This document shows, one piece after another, positions 1 through 17,538 of a stretch of 64,000 bases of DNA (the first letter of the stretch is position 1; each line of letters begins with the position of its first letter). Source of the DNA: the human T2T-CHM13v2.0 reference genome, Homo sapiens. The stretch lies in the NCBI RefSeq assembly GCF_009914755.1, contig NC_060938.1; one strand, given 5' to 3'. Both the position numbers and the translations under genes were made by a program. The notes under the pieces were generated by a model. The model did no database searches and was not told where the DNA came from. It saw nothing but the letters and a program-made list of their open reading frames with translations.

Positions 1-3868
<3,868 letters not shown>

Positions 3869-4923
3869 GAAATCAGCACAATTGGAAGGTTACTCCAACA
3901 GAGAGAATTTGGACCTATTTAATTAATAGACTGGAATTCACTCAAAGACACTCTCCTATGGGATCTCAAACTTAAGCAGATCTCTGTAAGCTGAAGAAGT
4001 TTCCTCAACAGATATTTTTCTCTAGACATCAAAAAATGGAAAAACACATTTTGGATATTTGTGCATGAGTGATCTGTAGAAGGCCTTGGCCTATTAATGA
4101 AAGTTCATGGATATATGATAACTTCATCACTTACTGTGCACTCACACTTCACTGGTTTCAAAAATTCCTCACCCGTGTGATGGGGCAATGCAGAAGAAGA
4201 CACAATAGTGCCATCTTCCTCATGAACACAACTCTGCATTCCCCAGATAACTTAGCCCTGCCTGAGGGGAGAGCTATTAGCTTTCACAGTCCAAAAGCAT
4301 TTCATTCCCTGGAGCCTGAAGAATAATTTGGATGTGGAACAACCTTGTACTTATAACAGAGAAGGACAGAGGTCAGACTCCCACTGGATTTGAATATGTT
4401 TTCTTGTTTTCTGTTTATTTTCTGGTTGATGTGAAGCATTTTCTTGCCAAAAATTACAGCCATGACATTTGATAAAATCTGCTTAATCTGATTTTCCCAC
4501 CTGTGACATTTGTACTTCATCAAGTGAGCAATGTGCATACCTTACAGGAACAATTACAAAATGACTCTCTAAGTCATCAGTATCACACAAACGCTATCCT
4601 GTCCTTACTGCCAAATATCTTCTGGAAAGATTTAAGTAAAAATAAATCATAAATTGCATCTTTAAGTTAAAAGTAGCATAATATCCAGAAACTCAGGAAC
4701 TCCCTTTGCCAAAGGTACTCCCACCAGAACTTACAACCCTTAGTCTGCTTCCTCAAGGACACAGACATTATCACCCTATGGCTTGGTTCATCAAAAGCCC
4801 ATGTATTTCCCATTTTACCTTCAGTTTTATATACTGATTAATCGCAAGCCGATACAGCAAAGTATTTTAAGGGATTGATGTGCTATGCAGAATCATTCAA
4901 CAGGATGTTAAAGATGGCTTCCT

Positions 4924-5260
<337 letters not shown>

Positions 5261-5280
5261 CTAAGTATCTTCTTTATTGG

Positions 5281-5714
5281 CGTCAACTTGGAAATTCTTT
5301 ATTTTAGAAGAGATATCAGAGAAAAATTGCTTCGAATATTGTAAAGGGGGCTTATTAACATTAATAAGAAATGCAGCAGTGACTACAGGATGTCAATCCA
5401 TAGGTTTATGAAGTGAAAATGAGGTGGGTTACATAAGCTGTTTTGAAAGAATTATCCTGTGCTTGTAGAATCAATACCAAGGGTGGCATCAGTATAAGGC
5501 TGAACAGGCAGTTGCTGGACACATATCTTTGTAGAAGGAAGTTTTATATGGTGTTGGTGGCTTCTATCCAAGGTTGTGATTAAGCAGAGTCAATTTATGG
5601 TAGTTCTTCTTATCAGGAGTATGTGCATGCGAACCCTCCTTCATGGTCATTCCTAGTTCCATTTGTCAGGGTTTTAACACAAGTGGCTCCATTTTGATTC
5701 TGACAACTTTCACA
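5281..5714 (-). mobile_element. ERV1 solo LTR, MER65-like
   Basis: Minus strand begins TGTGAAAGTTGTCAGAATCAAAATGGAG, contains CCAGCAACTGCCTG and GGATAATTCTTTCAAAACA, and ends GTTGACG. This matches my recollection of the MER65 consensus. Confidence 0.65.
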
Positions 5715-6633
5715 CACTATTTATAACGCCACTGGTGAGGAAGGTGACTTTGTGGTAGCTTGCACAGCACAGGACAAATTTCATATCCACATCCCATTTT
5801 GTCCACACAAGCTCATCCCCTTCACTACTATTGGCCACTTCCTTTCCCAGGTGAGTCTCCACACAACACACTGGATGGTCTCGTGCAATGAGAGAGAAGA
5901 AAGTCCCATCAGCCTCTCCCGTGTGGCTGCAGGAGCCACAGCCTGAGCCACACCTGAGCTGCAAGGAATGGGCTTGAGCCCTGGAGCTTTGGCAGCAAGA
6001 ACCACATCCCCACTTTACAGGGAGCAGCAGCAGTACAAGGAAAAGCAAGAATAACAACAAATAAAGAGAAACAGAATGGGCTAGGAGTAAAAGGGCCCCA
6101 GATCGGCGCTGATACTGATTGGCATGCTTTATTGTTGGTGGAGAAGGGTCAGACATAAAACTTGTGAGGTTCTATCTGACATTGATCTGGCCCAGCCTCT
6201 GTCTTGGCTGAGGTTAGGATTCCTGAGACTGTTCTCCTCAGGGAACCCCGCTAAGGTTCCTGTCCCGAATGTGACTGAAGAAGATTCACCAGGTTACCCT
6301 CAGCTTCCTCAGGGCTGTGATCCTAGTGACCACTGGCAGAGAGATTGCTCTACATTTAGGGCCTGTGAGAAGGTTTCCTCCTGGTACAACAAAACTGTGG
6401 TATTTTAGAGATGTAGAGCTAGACACAGCACCATGAAATAAGAGAGGGTCCCTGGAGGAAACATGAAGATGGTGAGGCAACCCCAGAACCTGGCAGTAAA
6501 CCAACCTCTCATCTCTACCCCCAACTGCTCTGGGGCTGGCCCTGTGCTTCCTGCAACCTGCTCTTCCCTGGTGGTCTTGAGTCCCCTCTGTGGTCCTGAG
6601 TCTTCCTGGCAGTCCTGAGTGCCCTGCCAGCAA

Positions 6634-6672
6634 GGTTTGTGTCAGGGCTCACAAGGACACCTTCTCATTAAG
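6634..6672 (-). promoter_or_regulatory. 23-spacer RSS of the clan-II VH pseudogene, defective heptamer
   Basis: Minus strand reads CTTAATG (6672-6666), a 23-nt spacer, then ACACAAACC (6642-6634), directly after the YYC codons. The heptamer lacks the essential CAC. Confidence 0.8.
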
Positions 6673-7109
6673 TCTTTCACAGTAATACTCAGCTGTGTCC
6701 TGGGCAGCCATGGAGCTGAGCTTCACAGAGAACTGGCTCTTGGTTGAGTCATTGTTGATGGGGACATGGACCTGGGTGGAGGGAGCATGATGTGTATTCC
6801 TTGGTGATCGACTCTAGTAACTGTGCCCCAGCCATTCCAGCCTGTTGCCCAGGGGATGGTGGATTCAGCTCAAATAGTATCCATGGTAAAAAAGAATCCA
6901 GACACAGCACATGTGGAGGGCAGTGTCTGAGGGCCTCATGGGTCCTGGACCTGACTCCTGCACCTACACATGGGACAGGACACCTGGAATAAGAGGGAAC
7001 ATCCTGGTGAGTCACACAGAGAGCTCACTTGTCCACATCAACCCTTTTTTAAATTCTAGATGTTCACCCTGCAAAGCTGTCAGCAAAGGAAGAAATATAA
7101 GTAGTTGAT
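6673..7109 (-). pseudogene. IGHV clan II (IGHV4-like) pseudogene: leader ~7109-7068, 84-nt intron, V exon 6983-6673
   Basis: Minus-strand V exon reads GVLSHV*VQESGPGPMRPSDT ... DSTKSQFSVKLSSMAAQDTAEYYCER, with an in-frame stop and frameshifts. GT..AG intron at 7067-6984. The leader aligns to a VH4 leader with ATG changed to ATC. An RSS follows. Confidence 0.88.
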
Positions 7110-7868
7110 CTTCTTGAGAGAAAGAATAATGTCTTTCATGGGGAATTTGTTCCTTGGCTGATGACAGAGCGGTATCTGGGGAGGAGAGGGGCTGACAACA
7201 CCCAGCATTGTTGCTGGGGTGTAAACAGAGTTTGAGGAGAAGTGTGCATGTGCCAGGAGCCCCGCACATATAAGGGGCAGGAACCACGGCGGACCTCTGT
7301 CTTGGAACCTCTTCCCAGGCATGATTTTCCTGCTCAGGAGTCAGATGACACAAACTAATTCCTCCTCTGAAAGAGCATCCCTCTGCTGAGTGTCAAGGCA
7401 TCCATTCTTACCCCAAGGACAGGAAGGCAGGTGACAGAAACAAGCAGGTTTGCTGGACAGAGAGGAAAGGAAAGGGGTAGGAACTGGGGAAAAACCTTGT
7501 GCACAAGACCTATGGCCTAAAGTCCCCCTGCCTCTTTTGGGGTCCCACCTGGAGCTGGAGATTCTCCATTGTGAACTTTCCTGGCACAGGAAAGTTCTTG
7601 AGGGAAAATTGAGGGAAATGTTGAGTGAGTTCTCCTCTTTGCTGAGCACAGAATTCTCACCCTCTCTTGTACGTGGTGTTTTCCCTGTCCGGTTGAGTCA
7701 CCGCTCCTGGTCCCCTCCCTGCTACTCCCCAGGTTTTGCTTCTTTGCTCATATGCTTATCCTTTTCTAGATTTCTCTTCATGGAGCCCCCATTGTAGCCT
7801 TGAGTGACAACATCACCCTAGTTCACAACACCTTAGCATGCCTGAGGACTCCTTTTGTACCACTGTGA

Positions 7869-7896
7869 ACACACACACACACACACACACGCACAC
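7869..7896. repeat. (CA)n microsatellite
   Basis: (AC)11 followed by GCACAC. Confidence 0.95.
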
Positions 7897-8175
7897 CAGT
7901 TCCCCACATCCCCTTTCAATTTCATACAAGAAAACTCATGACTGTGTTGGGGAAATCATTTGCATGGGCCATAGGAGACACAATGAGGCATCATCTGTCT
8001 CTGAGAATACAGGATCTCCATGTCCAAGGAGGTGAGAGACTGCAGGTGCACAGAAGCCCAAGGTTTCAGGATCTGGGAGAGGAATCACAGGAGACCAAGT
8101 ACAGCAGGACTGGCCAAGAGGACCAAAGCTCTGATGGTAGACTTTGAATGAGGAGGACAAGGTGAGGCCTGATCT

Positions 8176-8610
8176 TATGGCCTTTGTCCTTTCTGTTGAT
8201 GTGATGTGTCACATTGATTGATTTCCATATGTTGGACCATCCTTGAATCACTGGGATAAACTGCACTTGGTCATGATGCATGATTTTTTTAATGTGTTGT
8301 TGAATGGTGTTTGCTAAGTTTTCCTTGAGGATTTTCGCTTCTGTATTCATCAGAGACATTGGCTTGTAGTGTTTTTTATGTTTTTATTTGGTTTTCATTT
8401 CAGGGTAATACTGGTCTCATAGAGCAGGTTTGAAAGTACTCCCTCCTTCTCTACCTATTTTTTAATATTTTGAGGAGGATAGATATTGTTTCTTCTTTAA
8501 ATATTTGTCACAATTGCACAATGAAGCCATTGAGTCCTGGGTTTTTTTTCTTTCCTGGAAGACCTTTTATTAATGCTTCAATTTTGTGACTTGTTATTGC
8601 CCTGTTCAGG
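8176..8610 (-). mobile_element. Old LINE-1 (L1M-type) ORF2 fragment, RT region
   Basis: ORF 8066-8359(-) reads [55 protein letters not shown], homologous to the L1 ORF2p segment encoded at ~1435-1600. Confidence 0.85.
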
Positions 8611-9649
8611 GGTTGGTTTCCTGCTGGGCAACACCAGAGCCAAAGGGGATCTTGGCTCTAGGCTTTGTGCAGCTAGTATTTTGGCCTTTACCCACTTGTG
8701 TGTTTGATGGAATGGAAACAGAGGCCCAGTGTGGAGACATGCAATGACTACTGCCCCAAAGAAGGGCACCCTCCAGAAGTGTCTCTGGTCTCAAAGTTGT
8801 GACAGGCTATAGCATTTTGGCTAATGGGATGGGTGGTGGGCAAGGAATACAGATTTTGCTCCTAATCTTGTGCAGTACAGATGCATGAATTCCTTCCAGC
8901 TCTCCAAGTTGAGCTCAGGGTTTGCAAGCCCTGTGAATTTATTTTACAGTAAGGATTGTTGACATGTGTGATTGCAGTGGGGTCTGATGTGCTTCTTCTA
9001 CTTAACTTTCCTCACCAGGGATAATCCCATGTGAATCTCGAGTATGAAGCTGCAGACACAGGGTGCTTTCACTATTAGAAGCACTATTGGGCTTCTAATA
9101 ACCACAGGGACCTCTCCTCTCCCCTGCTATCCTCTACTTCTCCCTTTCATCAGTCCAGTCTAGTCTTAGCTGTTTATTCAATTCTGTCATTCCGTCATAT
9201 GGAATTGACGAATGTCAGGCACATCTATTCAGCTGTCATGCTGATTTTTTTTTTAAATTTTAGTTACATATTTATAGCTAACATGGACACTAAAATTGGT
9301 AATTCAAATTTATAACAAAATAGATTGAATTATGATTACCTTAGCATCGATAGTGCATACAAATCTGTGTCTCTACAGCTCTATCCATCTTCCCTTACTG
9401 TGTTATTACTATATATTAGTATTTTACAGATTATATGTATATTATTTACATGTATAATTAATATTATGGTACTTGATTTTCAAAATAATGGAGGAATGAA
9501 ACATGAGACTCAGGGCAGAATAAAACACTATTGGCGCTCACATACACAAATGTAATGACATTTCTGGGACACCTTCCTTGTTGCTGTTGTTCTTTTTAGG
9601 TGTAAGATTTTCTGCTCCTCTCCACTCTCCTTTCAGTTCAGTCTGTGGG

Positions 9650-9860
9650 ACTCCATATAGCATTTCTCATAAGGACTGTCTAGGTTCCATGAACTCCATC
9701 AGCGTTTGTTTCTTTATATTCACCTTAATTTCTCCTTCACTTTTGAAGGTTTCTTTGAAAGTGTATAATTCTTGATTGACAGTGTATTTCAGTCTTTTGA
9801 TACGCCACCTCAATGAGTTTTTGCCTTCATGAATTTGGTGAGAAATCAGTTGTTTATTTT
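9650..9860 (-). mobile_element. Old LINE-1 (L1M-type) ORF1 C-terminal fragment
   Basis: AGCATTTCTCATAAGGACTGTCTAG ... TAATTTCTCCTTCACTTTTGAAGG resembles antisense L1 ORF1 3' sequence. Boundaries are approximate. Confidence 0.55.
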
Positions 9861-9962
9861 ATGAAGGTTTTATTATAGGCAACGCTTCTTTCTCAGGTTC
9901 TGACACTCAAACATACTTGATATTTTCAGACATGTGACACTGAGGTCAAGAGATGAATCTCT

Positions 9963-10552
<590 letters not shown>

Positions 10553-10756
10553 GTCTCTAAAAGCATGCATACTAACAATCCACATGTATATAAACATGCT
10601 CACAGACTCACACACACTCTCAACACCTTCATATGTAGAGTCACAGGTAATGACCCCCCCACACACTCAGGGGCACACACTCACCAAGTAATACAAAGAG
10701 CACACACACACTCAAATATTCCTGGTCACACTAGCGTCAAATCAACTATATTCACT

Positions 10757-11825
<1,069 letters not shown>

Positions 11826-14800
11826 TTGAGACTATTCCATGACCAGGGGCTTGAGACAGTAGCTGTCTCAGTCTCCATGGACGTCACACTGTCTCAGAGG
11901 CTCAAGGTTTGCTTTCCACTACAGCAGGTAACCCTGAAATTTCCCTAGATTTTAATGATTGTGTCTTCCCTTCCACCATCTAGATTCTCCTCAGAGATGG
12001 CCAGGACTCCAGAGTTCAGGTTCTCACATGTTGTGTGGCTTTTGGGCTAAAACACACCTGAAACACTGAGTGGCTGTTGTCCTTGATCACTTGATCATCA
12101 TCTGCATTTTGGTTGATGCATTTTTTACCTCATTGGAATAAAATAAAACAAATTAATTGACTCTACCTGGGCCAAATGGACTTCTTTCTGTTTCTCTTGG
12201 TAGCTGCAAATGTAGCCCCAAATATGACAGGATCCAGTAAGCACTGCAGCTCTTAAAACACTTTCTTGGTCAGCTGGTCTAACAGCATAAGGACCTCAGG
12301 AGAACAATTATATTATGGGTGTAATTCTGTACCCACTGCAGACCAGTTTATTTTTATAGACCAGCAGCTCCAGTCTATCACAACCTATGATTATCCAGAT
12401 GGAAGGAAACAGTCTTCAAATTTTTATGACAGATGCGGTAAGATAAACTGATATTTCTGTCATTTGTTTTCTAGGCCCAGGTCTTGTAGCTCCTGGCCAC
12501 GGGGCACTGTGGTGCTCTCTGATTTGGGGCGTTTGAAGGATACTGGAAAATAGTATTGTCCTCAAAACGGACTTTCTTTAGAGACTAATTTTTCTACTAT
12601 GAAACAGTGGCATAAAACATCTGGTATAATACTCGTATGGGACTGGAGAGACTGAAGTCAATTCTCCCATTGTTCTCCTGGGTCTCTGTCTGGGCAACTG
12701 TGAAAAGACAAAGCACTGCTGGATCCCTGCTCATGTTCTTACGATCACATCTCCTATCCCTAACAACAGCTACATTCCTTTGTGTCAGACCATAATATGC
12801 AGTCTCTCATACTGGGAAATAAGATATCCAGAACTTGGACAGTGGCGTTAGCAGGTTCTCTATGGAAAAAAAAAGAAACAACAAAACCTAAAAACATCCC
12901 ATGTGAAGATAGGAGTCAGTTTCTCATTATAAATTACTACCTATCAAGTTTGGGCTTTATCTAAATTATTCAAATTGTCCCCATATGGCTGGTGGATATC
13001 CTTAAAGGGTGTCGTTTTTTTGTTAGACAAATGTGATATCTATCACTATCAGCTCAGGCACTCGCTGAGACGTTCTAGGTTAGTCTGGTGGAAGGTATCT
13101 GTGCTGAGTCTTCATTGTACATGTTAGGGAAAGTTTTGATATAAAGAGAGAGGACACTATAACTTGCGTAGCAGTATTAATTAAACTGAAGAAGATAATC
13201 ATACTATGAGTTCCCCATACTCACTTACCCAGGATAATGGATTTCCCTTTTCCTCAGCTGTTGGCTTACTTACCTTAAATATTACAGCATTTACTTTTAT
13301 TTACAATGTTTTTTTTTTATCTTAGGTTATTGCCTGATTAAAGTAAGCACAAGTAAAATTTAAAATTAACAATCAATCACCTGTAGAAATAACAAAAAAT
13401 GGGCTTGGTGAAATTTAAGGAGCGATGCCAGAATTAAACAAATAAAGAAACACATTGTGTAAGTTAGAGTGGTCAGTGAGGACTGAAATGATGAGAAGCT
13501 GGTGCTGAACGATATATGAAGAACGTCAAATACACTTGATATTCAGAATGCTGGTCACAACAGTGAAAAATCTGTAGAGTGGTCTGCGCAGATAAGAAAT
13601 TAGAAAGTGAGAAAGTCACAAACTTTCAACAGCAGGAGACATGCAATATATTCAGTATTCAGCTCTCTCTGTCCTCTAGGAAAAATAGGTTATAACTGCA
13701 TGGAAAATGAGACAAGTAGTTTTTAAGATAATTCTCGAGAAAAGTTGCTAATAAAGTTATTCAGATGATGTTCCGACACAGGATTGTGGAGGGGACGTTG
13801 ACCCGTGGTTGTCACTGTCAGCTATACGGGATGGTCAACTTGGTGGTCTCCTTTGCCAATTTTTTGTCCACAAGAGAGATTACGCTGTCATGTGCTATGT
13901 TGCAGATGAGTTTCTTAACCTCACACCATGAGAGGAACATGAGAACAAAGAAGATGAGAAAACTGAAGACCACACTACATCAACTACATTCCACTGATGA
14001 GAACTCGTCACACAGAGGCCCAGGGATGAGCAGGGAAGACAAAGGGGCTGGGAAATATCATCCACAAAGGGACACCTCCAGGCTGCTTGACCTCCCCATG
14101 CAAGGAGAGGTGAAATGTTTGTTCTCAGCTAATGGTGGCTATGTCAGGACCTCCACAAGCTTTGAGAAATACAGATTTGTATGAACAAATGCCCATACTT
14201 TATTCAGAGGGAATATTTTACTCATAATTTATTTCCTCTCCCTAGCAAGCACCGCAGAAGGATGTTTCCATGATTCTCCCTAATCCTTCCTCAGTTCCTG
14301 GTGCAGTTCCTGGAGGAAAAGCCTGCATGGGGGAGGGAGCCCTCCTCATGTGCAGCCCTGAGGCTGTGCCATCACCTCACCTACTATTGCCCTTCAGTCA
14401 GTTTTTAAACATTCCAAACTAATTTTCCTGAAATGTGTAGTATTTGGCAGTGTCTTTCCCAGATAAGAAAATACTTAAGTTCTGTTTATCCCTGCAGGCG
14501 CATATCCATTTCTGGAAGTCAGGTGGTTTTTGAATGTTTAGTAGTGGATAATTAGTGGGAGGAGGTTTGTGTGCATCTTGTCATCTTCCAGAGTGCACCC
14601 CAATATGGCATTGACACTGGCAAGCAAGCAGATGGGCTTGTTCAGCTGGAGAATGGCAGACATTGTTATAACCTGTGACCCCAATGAGGCTCTCCCTCTA
14701 CAAGCCCAATCAGGCTCATGCCTCTTGACAACGTGCAGCCAGCACAGGACACCAGTGTCCACCTCAGTGAGGGGCCTTCCAGGTGCCCACCTTCTTCCTA

Positions 14801-15140
14801 AGGGGGAGCTTTTGTCCCTGCCTGGATCCCACGCATGTGCTTGCATTTGCTGCAAAAAGGGATTCATCCATAAACACACCCCACGAGCCTACAGTGTAGG
14901 TAATCCATCTACAGGGCCTCATACATGACATCTCTCATGGCCAAGGTCTCCATTTCTCATTAAAGAACATTCATTGTAGAATTCACTAGAACTTGCTGGA
15001 CTTTTAGAGGCATGGATAGGAATAACCTTACCCACTTTCCCTCTAATATCATTCCTAGAAACCCTCTGAAAATACCTCTGGTGCTCCAAGATAATTTATG
15101 TTTGTTACACCACGGGATCACCAGGAAAAGAAAGAACCAA

Positions 15141-15303
15141 AGTGTCCATGTAGGTTCATCATTTGTAACTTGCTGATATGACTCTGGTGCAGGATGCAGA
15201 TAGTGGAGAAGGCTGTGCCTGTGTTGGACGGGGATTCATGGGAGCTCTGGTACTTTCTGTTCAAGTTCACTGTTATCCTAAAACCACTCTAAAATAAAAT
15301 TTA
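15141..15303 (+). mobile_element. L1MC-type 3' end fragment
   Basis: ATGTAGGTTCATCATTTGTAAC ... GTACTTTCTGTTCAAG ... CCTAAAACCACTCTAAAATAAA resembles the recalled L1MC 3' terminus. Confidence 0.65.
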
Positions 15304-15460
15304 TGCAACAACAGTAGCAGAGACATTCTTGGAAGACATTTTGGACATTTTTCAGAATCATACTTAGTCTTACCATGTGATCAAATAATCTTGCTCAAAT
15401 TATTCATCCATCTAATTTGAAAACTTGTTCACAATAATATACTCATTGATATGATTTTAT

Positions 15461-15819
15461 TGATATGGTTTGACTGTATCCCCACCCAAATCTCTTCTTG
15501 AGTTTTAATAATTCCAATGTGTTAAGGGTGGGGTCAGGTGGATGTAATTGAATCATGGGGGCGGTTTCCCCCATACTGTTCTCGTGGTAGTGAATATGTC
15601 TCATGAGATCTGACAGTTTTATAAACAGGAGTTCCCCTGGCACAAGGTCTCTCTTGCCTGCTGCCATGTAAGACATCAGTTTACTCTTTCTTCATCTTCT
15701 TCCATGATTATGAGACCACCCCAGCCATGTGGAATTATGATTCCATTAAACCACTTTTCTTTATAAATTATTCCATCTCAGGTACGTCTTTATTAGCAGC
15801 ATGATAATGGACTAATACA
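15461..15819 (+). mobile_element. MaLR solo LTR, THE1C-like
   Basis: Starts TGATATGGTTTG, contains TGAATCATGGGGGCGGTTTCCCCCATACTGTTCTCGTGGTAGTGAAT, and ends GGACTAATACA; about 360 bp. Confidence 0.92.
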
Positions 15820-16006
15820 GGGCCTTTACTAATCTTTGAATTTTCTGTATACGGTGACTCTTGAATAAAATATTTATCATAAAATTAGAGTGTGTCCTTG
15901 TTTCTATTGATCCTTGTCCTCAGTTACTTGACCCATTTTCTAAACAAATTTAAACCTCATCTTCCCTGTCATCTCCTCTGCAGGAACACAGCTGCCTCCT
16001 CCCTGC

Positions 16007-16045
16007 AGTTTCTGACACTCTCAAGATGTGGGTTTTCACATTGTG
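16007..16045 (-). promoter_or_regulatory. 23-spacer RSS of the IGHV1 orphon
   Basis: Minus strand reads CACAATG (16045-16039), a 23-nt spacer, then TCAGAAACT (16015-16007). Each element is one base off the VH1-type CACAGTG / TCAGAAACC. Confidence 0.92.
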
Positions 16046-16481
16046 TCTCTCACACAGTAATACATGGCCGTGTCCTCAGATCTCAGACTGCTTAGCTCCA
16101 TGTAGGCTGTGCTCATGGATGTGTCCCTGGTTATGGTGACTCTGGCCTGGAACTTCTGTGCATAGCTTGTGCTGCCATCACTAGGGCACACCAATCCCAT
16201 CCACTCAAGCCCTTGTGCATGGACCTGGTGCACCCAGTGCATACAGTAGCTGGTGAAGGTGTATCCAGAAGCCTTGCAGGAGACCTTCACTGAGGCCCCA
16301 GGCTTCTTCACCTCAGCCCCAGACTGCACCAGCTGTACCTGGGACTGGGCACCTGTGGAGAGGACACAGGAGTGGATAAAACCCTCTTTTACTGGACCCA
16401 GTCACCTTAGTCCTGGGGACTGAGAATTATCCTACCCGCAGCTATGACCACCAAAAACAGGATCCTCCAATTCCAGTCCAT
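16036..16481 (-). CDS. IGHV1OR21-1: Germline IGHV1-family orphon V segment with open frame: complement(join(16036..16352,16436..16481)), 120 aa
   Basis: Leader [15 protein letters not shown], an 83-nt GT..AG intron, then [105 protein letters not shown]. Both canonical Cys and the FR2 Trp are present. The SYCMH/LVCPSDG signature matches IGHV1OR21-1/IGHV1OR15-9 from memory; the exact paralogue is unverified. Confidence 0.88.
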
Positions 16482-16581
16482 GGTAAGGAGCTGTGCTCTC
16501 AGGGGCTTCTCTAGAGGACATGGCTGGTTATTGGGTAATGCTCTCAGGGCACAGACATATCTGTAGTGTTCATCTCAGGTG

Positions 16582-16598
16582 ATTTGCATATTCACGAG
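16582..16598 (-). promoter_or_regulatory. VH promoter: octamer plus heptamer-like element
   Basis: Minus strand CTCGTGA-AT-ATGCAAAT: a perfect octamer about 100 bp upstream of the ATG. The heptamer has one mismatch to CTCATGA. No clean TATA box seen. Confidence 0.88.
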
Positions 16599-17151
16599 AA
16601 CTACTACTTCATAGCCTTACACTTGATCCAGCATGAGAAAGAGAAAATAGATCTCACATGAACCACACAACTGTGGGATGCTGAGGTACAAGTCCTCATT
16701 CTTATTTAAAGTCGTGTTTCCCTTTATATGCCCAGAACTTTGTGAAGGGAGAACTTCTCCACTAAGAAGGTGACTCACACAGGACATGGCACATGGACAG
16801 CCTCCACCCTTTCGGGGTTTTGCTGTCTGCAGTCTTACTCTTGGGATCTATGTGTCTTCTGAAATGTGTACCTTTTGATTTAATAAAACCATCCCTGTTC
16901 TTCATTTTTTACTAGGAAAATACCTCAAACCGCTAACAATTTTGCCTTTTAAATGTGGTTCTCACTGAATTGTTGATTTATTTATTTCTAAATGTATAGA
17001 GATAATAGAAATAGTCTTTGCAAAATTCTAATTTTAACATGTTATAATTTTTTGGTTTTCAATAAAACAACACTCAGTTCTCAGAGAAATCCCCGCTGCA
17101 GCCTCATGTGCACCAGCTCTGGGGCTGGAGCCTGTTCTGGGTGGGTCCTGG

Positions 17152-17165
17152 GCGCCCTCTGCAGC
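17152..17165 (-). promoter_or_regulatory. CTCF-like motif downstream of the degenerate RSS
   Basis: Minus strand GCTGCAGAGGGCGC resembles the CTCF core, in the position where RSS-proximal CTCF sites occur at VH segments. Confidence 0.4.
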
Positions 17166-17186
17166 ACTGCCTCTGCTCTGCATGGA

Positions 17187-17483
17187 GGTTTCCATCTGGG
17201 CTCACAGAGGATTTATCTCTCAGTGTTTCTAGGGCTATAGGAAGAGGTCATGCCCTAGTTTAAAATGCTCCTTCAGTGACACCATATGTTACTGACACAA
17301 TCTTTTGAAAACATTGACCTTAGAAGACCCAGTGAACTCTAAGAAACCATCAGGGAGCCCTTCCCTGGAGCTCAGGATGCATTTAATTAGTGGACACATA
17401 GTGAGCACAAAAATTTTGAAGGGTTTTGGGGGATGCTCTATCTTGTTTGGTCTTCTGCAATTGAATATTACATCTAAGAATAC
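17187..17483 (-). pseudogene. Candidate heavily eroded VH remnant with degenerate 23-RSS
   Basis: On the minus strand: splice acceptor CCTACAG|GT at 17483, FR2-like GCTCCAGGGAAGGGCT (17371-17356), then CACTGAG + 23 nt ending TGTGAGCCCAG + ATGGAAACC (17225-17187). Confidence 0.5.
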
Positions 17484-17534
17484 CTGTAGGCATATATACT
17501 TGTGGATCAATGCCCACTCCATGTCTTCTTTTTC

Positions 17535-17538
<4 letters not shown>

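Noticed and set aside
11852-11870. Hairpin TGAGACAG-TAG-CTGTCTCA
   Set aside because: An 8-bp stem is expected by chance in 18 kb and has no supporting context.
12150-13250. Possible decayed ERV internal sequence
   Set aside because: I could not identify any gag, pol or env motif by eye. A Dfam search is needed.
13765-14928. ORFs of 113-139 aa in unique-looking sequence
   Set aside because: No recognisable domain, V-gene motif or splice structure. The lengths are compatible with chance.
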